In this document: piece after piece, positions 62,337-64,000 of the stretch | How positions within the stretch are numbered: position 1 is the first letter of the stretch | Layout of the letters: each line of letters starts with the position of its first letter | Source: Macrostomum lignano | Taxonomy: Eukaryota | DNA length: 64,000 bases | Direction: 5' to 3' | Assembly: GCA_002269645.1 (NCBI GenBank) | Contig: NIVC01001380.1 | Location: 124,001-188,000 of the forward strand | Made by a program: the position numbers and the translations under genes | The notes under the pieces: model-generated | Databases searched by the model: none | Told to the model about the DNA's origin: nothing | The model's input: the letters and a program-made list of their open reading frames with translations, nothing else

Positions 62337-62392
62337 TTAGCCTGATTAGAAATATTGCGAACATACAAAACACGATAATTTGTTTTCGACAT
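62337..62392 (-). CDS. SRSF10: SRSF10/12-like SR protein, exon 1 (MSKTNYRVLYVRNISNQAK)
   Basis: RNP2-like LYVRNI; |gtaagt donor at 62336, phase 2 matching exon 2; too short for the ORF track. Confidence 0.8.
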
Positions 62393-64000
62393 GTCTTTTA
62401 TTTTTGTTTGTAAAAGACTAAAAGCAAATTCAGATTGGATATAGGGATATTATGTAAGACACAGGCTTTGGTTGGGCGATTTAATTGTCAGCTGTATTTG
62501 ATATTTTTATTGAATTAATTATTATTATTTAGAATAGTATAGTCTCAAGGAAGTCGCTAAGCCTACACTTTACACCGAGGCTTAAGTGCAGCGTACAGTC
62601 GTACAGATTGGCTTGCTGCTACAAAAAATAAAAAGGTTATTAGGTAAAAGTGTAGACCTATCTTAAAATAGCAGATTGGATGAATAGCAATTTTTATAAT
62701 AGCCTTAGGAAAGAAAATCACATTAGTGGTTAAATTTGGGTAAATTTTTATCAATTCGGTCAACTAAGGCTGAAGTCCAAGACGACCTAAATATCATTTC
62801 ATTGTAAATAGAGTGTTCTCAATAAGCATATGTTTCTCTGAAAGCACGAAAGTCGAAACTAGACAATTTTAAAATATGTTAACAAAGTTTAAAAGTTACT
62901 TTTTAAATAATCTAAAAAAAGTTAGTAAATTGTCGCTTTTAAACCAAAAATGTTTCAACAATGTAAAAAATAAATAATGCTGATTTTGTGCAAACCAAAT
63001 TTTTAATATTTTTTTTCCAAGACATTACACGCAAAGAGCACTATCACTTATTAACCTCCTTGACTAATTTATTGGCATCTTGAATAATGAATGAGTGAAG
63101 TGAATCCTATTTAATTAGCGATTTATTCTGAGATAAGCCTAGATGTCATTACAGTACTTTTATACAATTCATACAAGTACTTCCATTCCATGAATATAAC
63201 GATTTCCATTGTAATTTTGAGTGGTAAATCTAAAACTAAAAGCTATGCTAAAATTAAACATGATAAATGAATAAATCGTATTACTCAAATCATTGAGTGT
63301 GCTGTGTGCTATGTGCTAAAGATTGATAAATAAGTAAATGCATTAATATAGAAAGGTCCTCACATGTATTAGGCTTTAATCAAAGTAAACACTTATCTGT
63401 TTTCATTAAAGCAAACTTACATTTTATTGTATACTGTAGTATTCAATTTCCAAGTACAAAAATAACAATTGCAGTCAAATTCTAAAAATGCTATTAACAT
63501 TTCTATTTAGCAATTTTCATTATTAAGAAAAGACTAATTTTTCTTAATAACACATGTTATAATATGTGGAAGTGCTATTTCAATTGATATAAATTAATAG
63601 CATATTTATTTCTTTTTAAAAAATCTGTTGTGCTTTCTATTATTTGAAAAGGTTTCTGTTAGTTTTTAAATATTTTTTGCCTATTTTATTAAGTTGTATC
63701 AAGTAAATAGTTTTTTTCTTTTATTTTTAGCAATAGCATGTTTCTAATATATTGTCATGGATCCAATTATCAAAATGTTCAGTTAGTAGCCACTTAAAAT
63801 CAATTTTTAAATAATGAAATTTAATGTTTTAGCTTTACTTTAAAAAACAAATAAAGTATTTAATTTCTAGATTATTTTATAATATATTATTATACTTTGG
63901 GTGTGTCATAAGTAATGTCACTGATGTGAAAACAGACAAACTTGCAATCGCAGATGAACAAAACCCCTATTGGAATAAGTTTCAAAAACCCACGGACGTG

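Overview
Animal (eukaryotic) genomic DNA with GC-rich exons and introns packed with minisatellites. The style suggests a free-living flatworm such as Macrostomum, which is an inference and not confirmed. Five protein-coding genes were reconstructed by hand from splice sites and reading-frame phase. (1) The 3' five exons of a coiled-coil protein (+, 373-6514). (2) A complete 7-exon GNPAT/DHAPAT gene (+, 10194-51987, ~677 aa, ending in the peroxisomal signal SRL). (3) A 4-exon Iroquois homeobox gene (-, 35169-38379) lying antisense inside the 36.7-kb intron 3 of GNPAT. (4) A 4-exon SRSF10/12-like SR protein gene (-, 52886-62392) whose intron 2 begins with the U12 donor ATATCCTT. (5) An intronless rhodopsin-class GPCR (-, 56524-57618) nested on the same strand in intron 1 of the SR gene. 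The window also holds an internally deleted Loa/Lian-like LINE with a 13-bp target-site duplication, MITE/foldback elements and about 40 tandem-repeat arrays. Most long entries in the ORF track are repeat artefacts. Repeat boundaries and copy numbers are approximate by-eye estimates.
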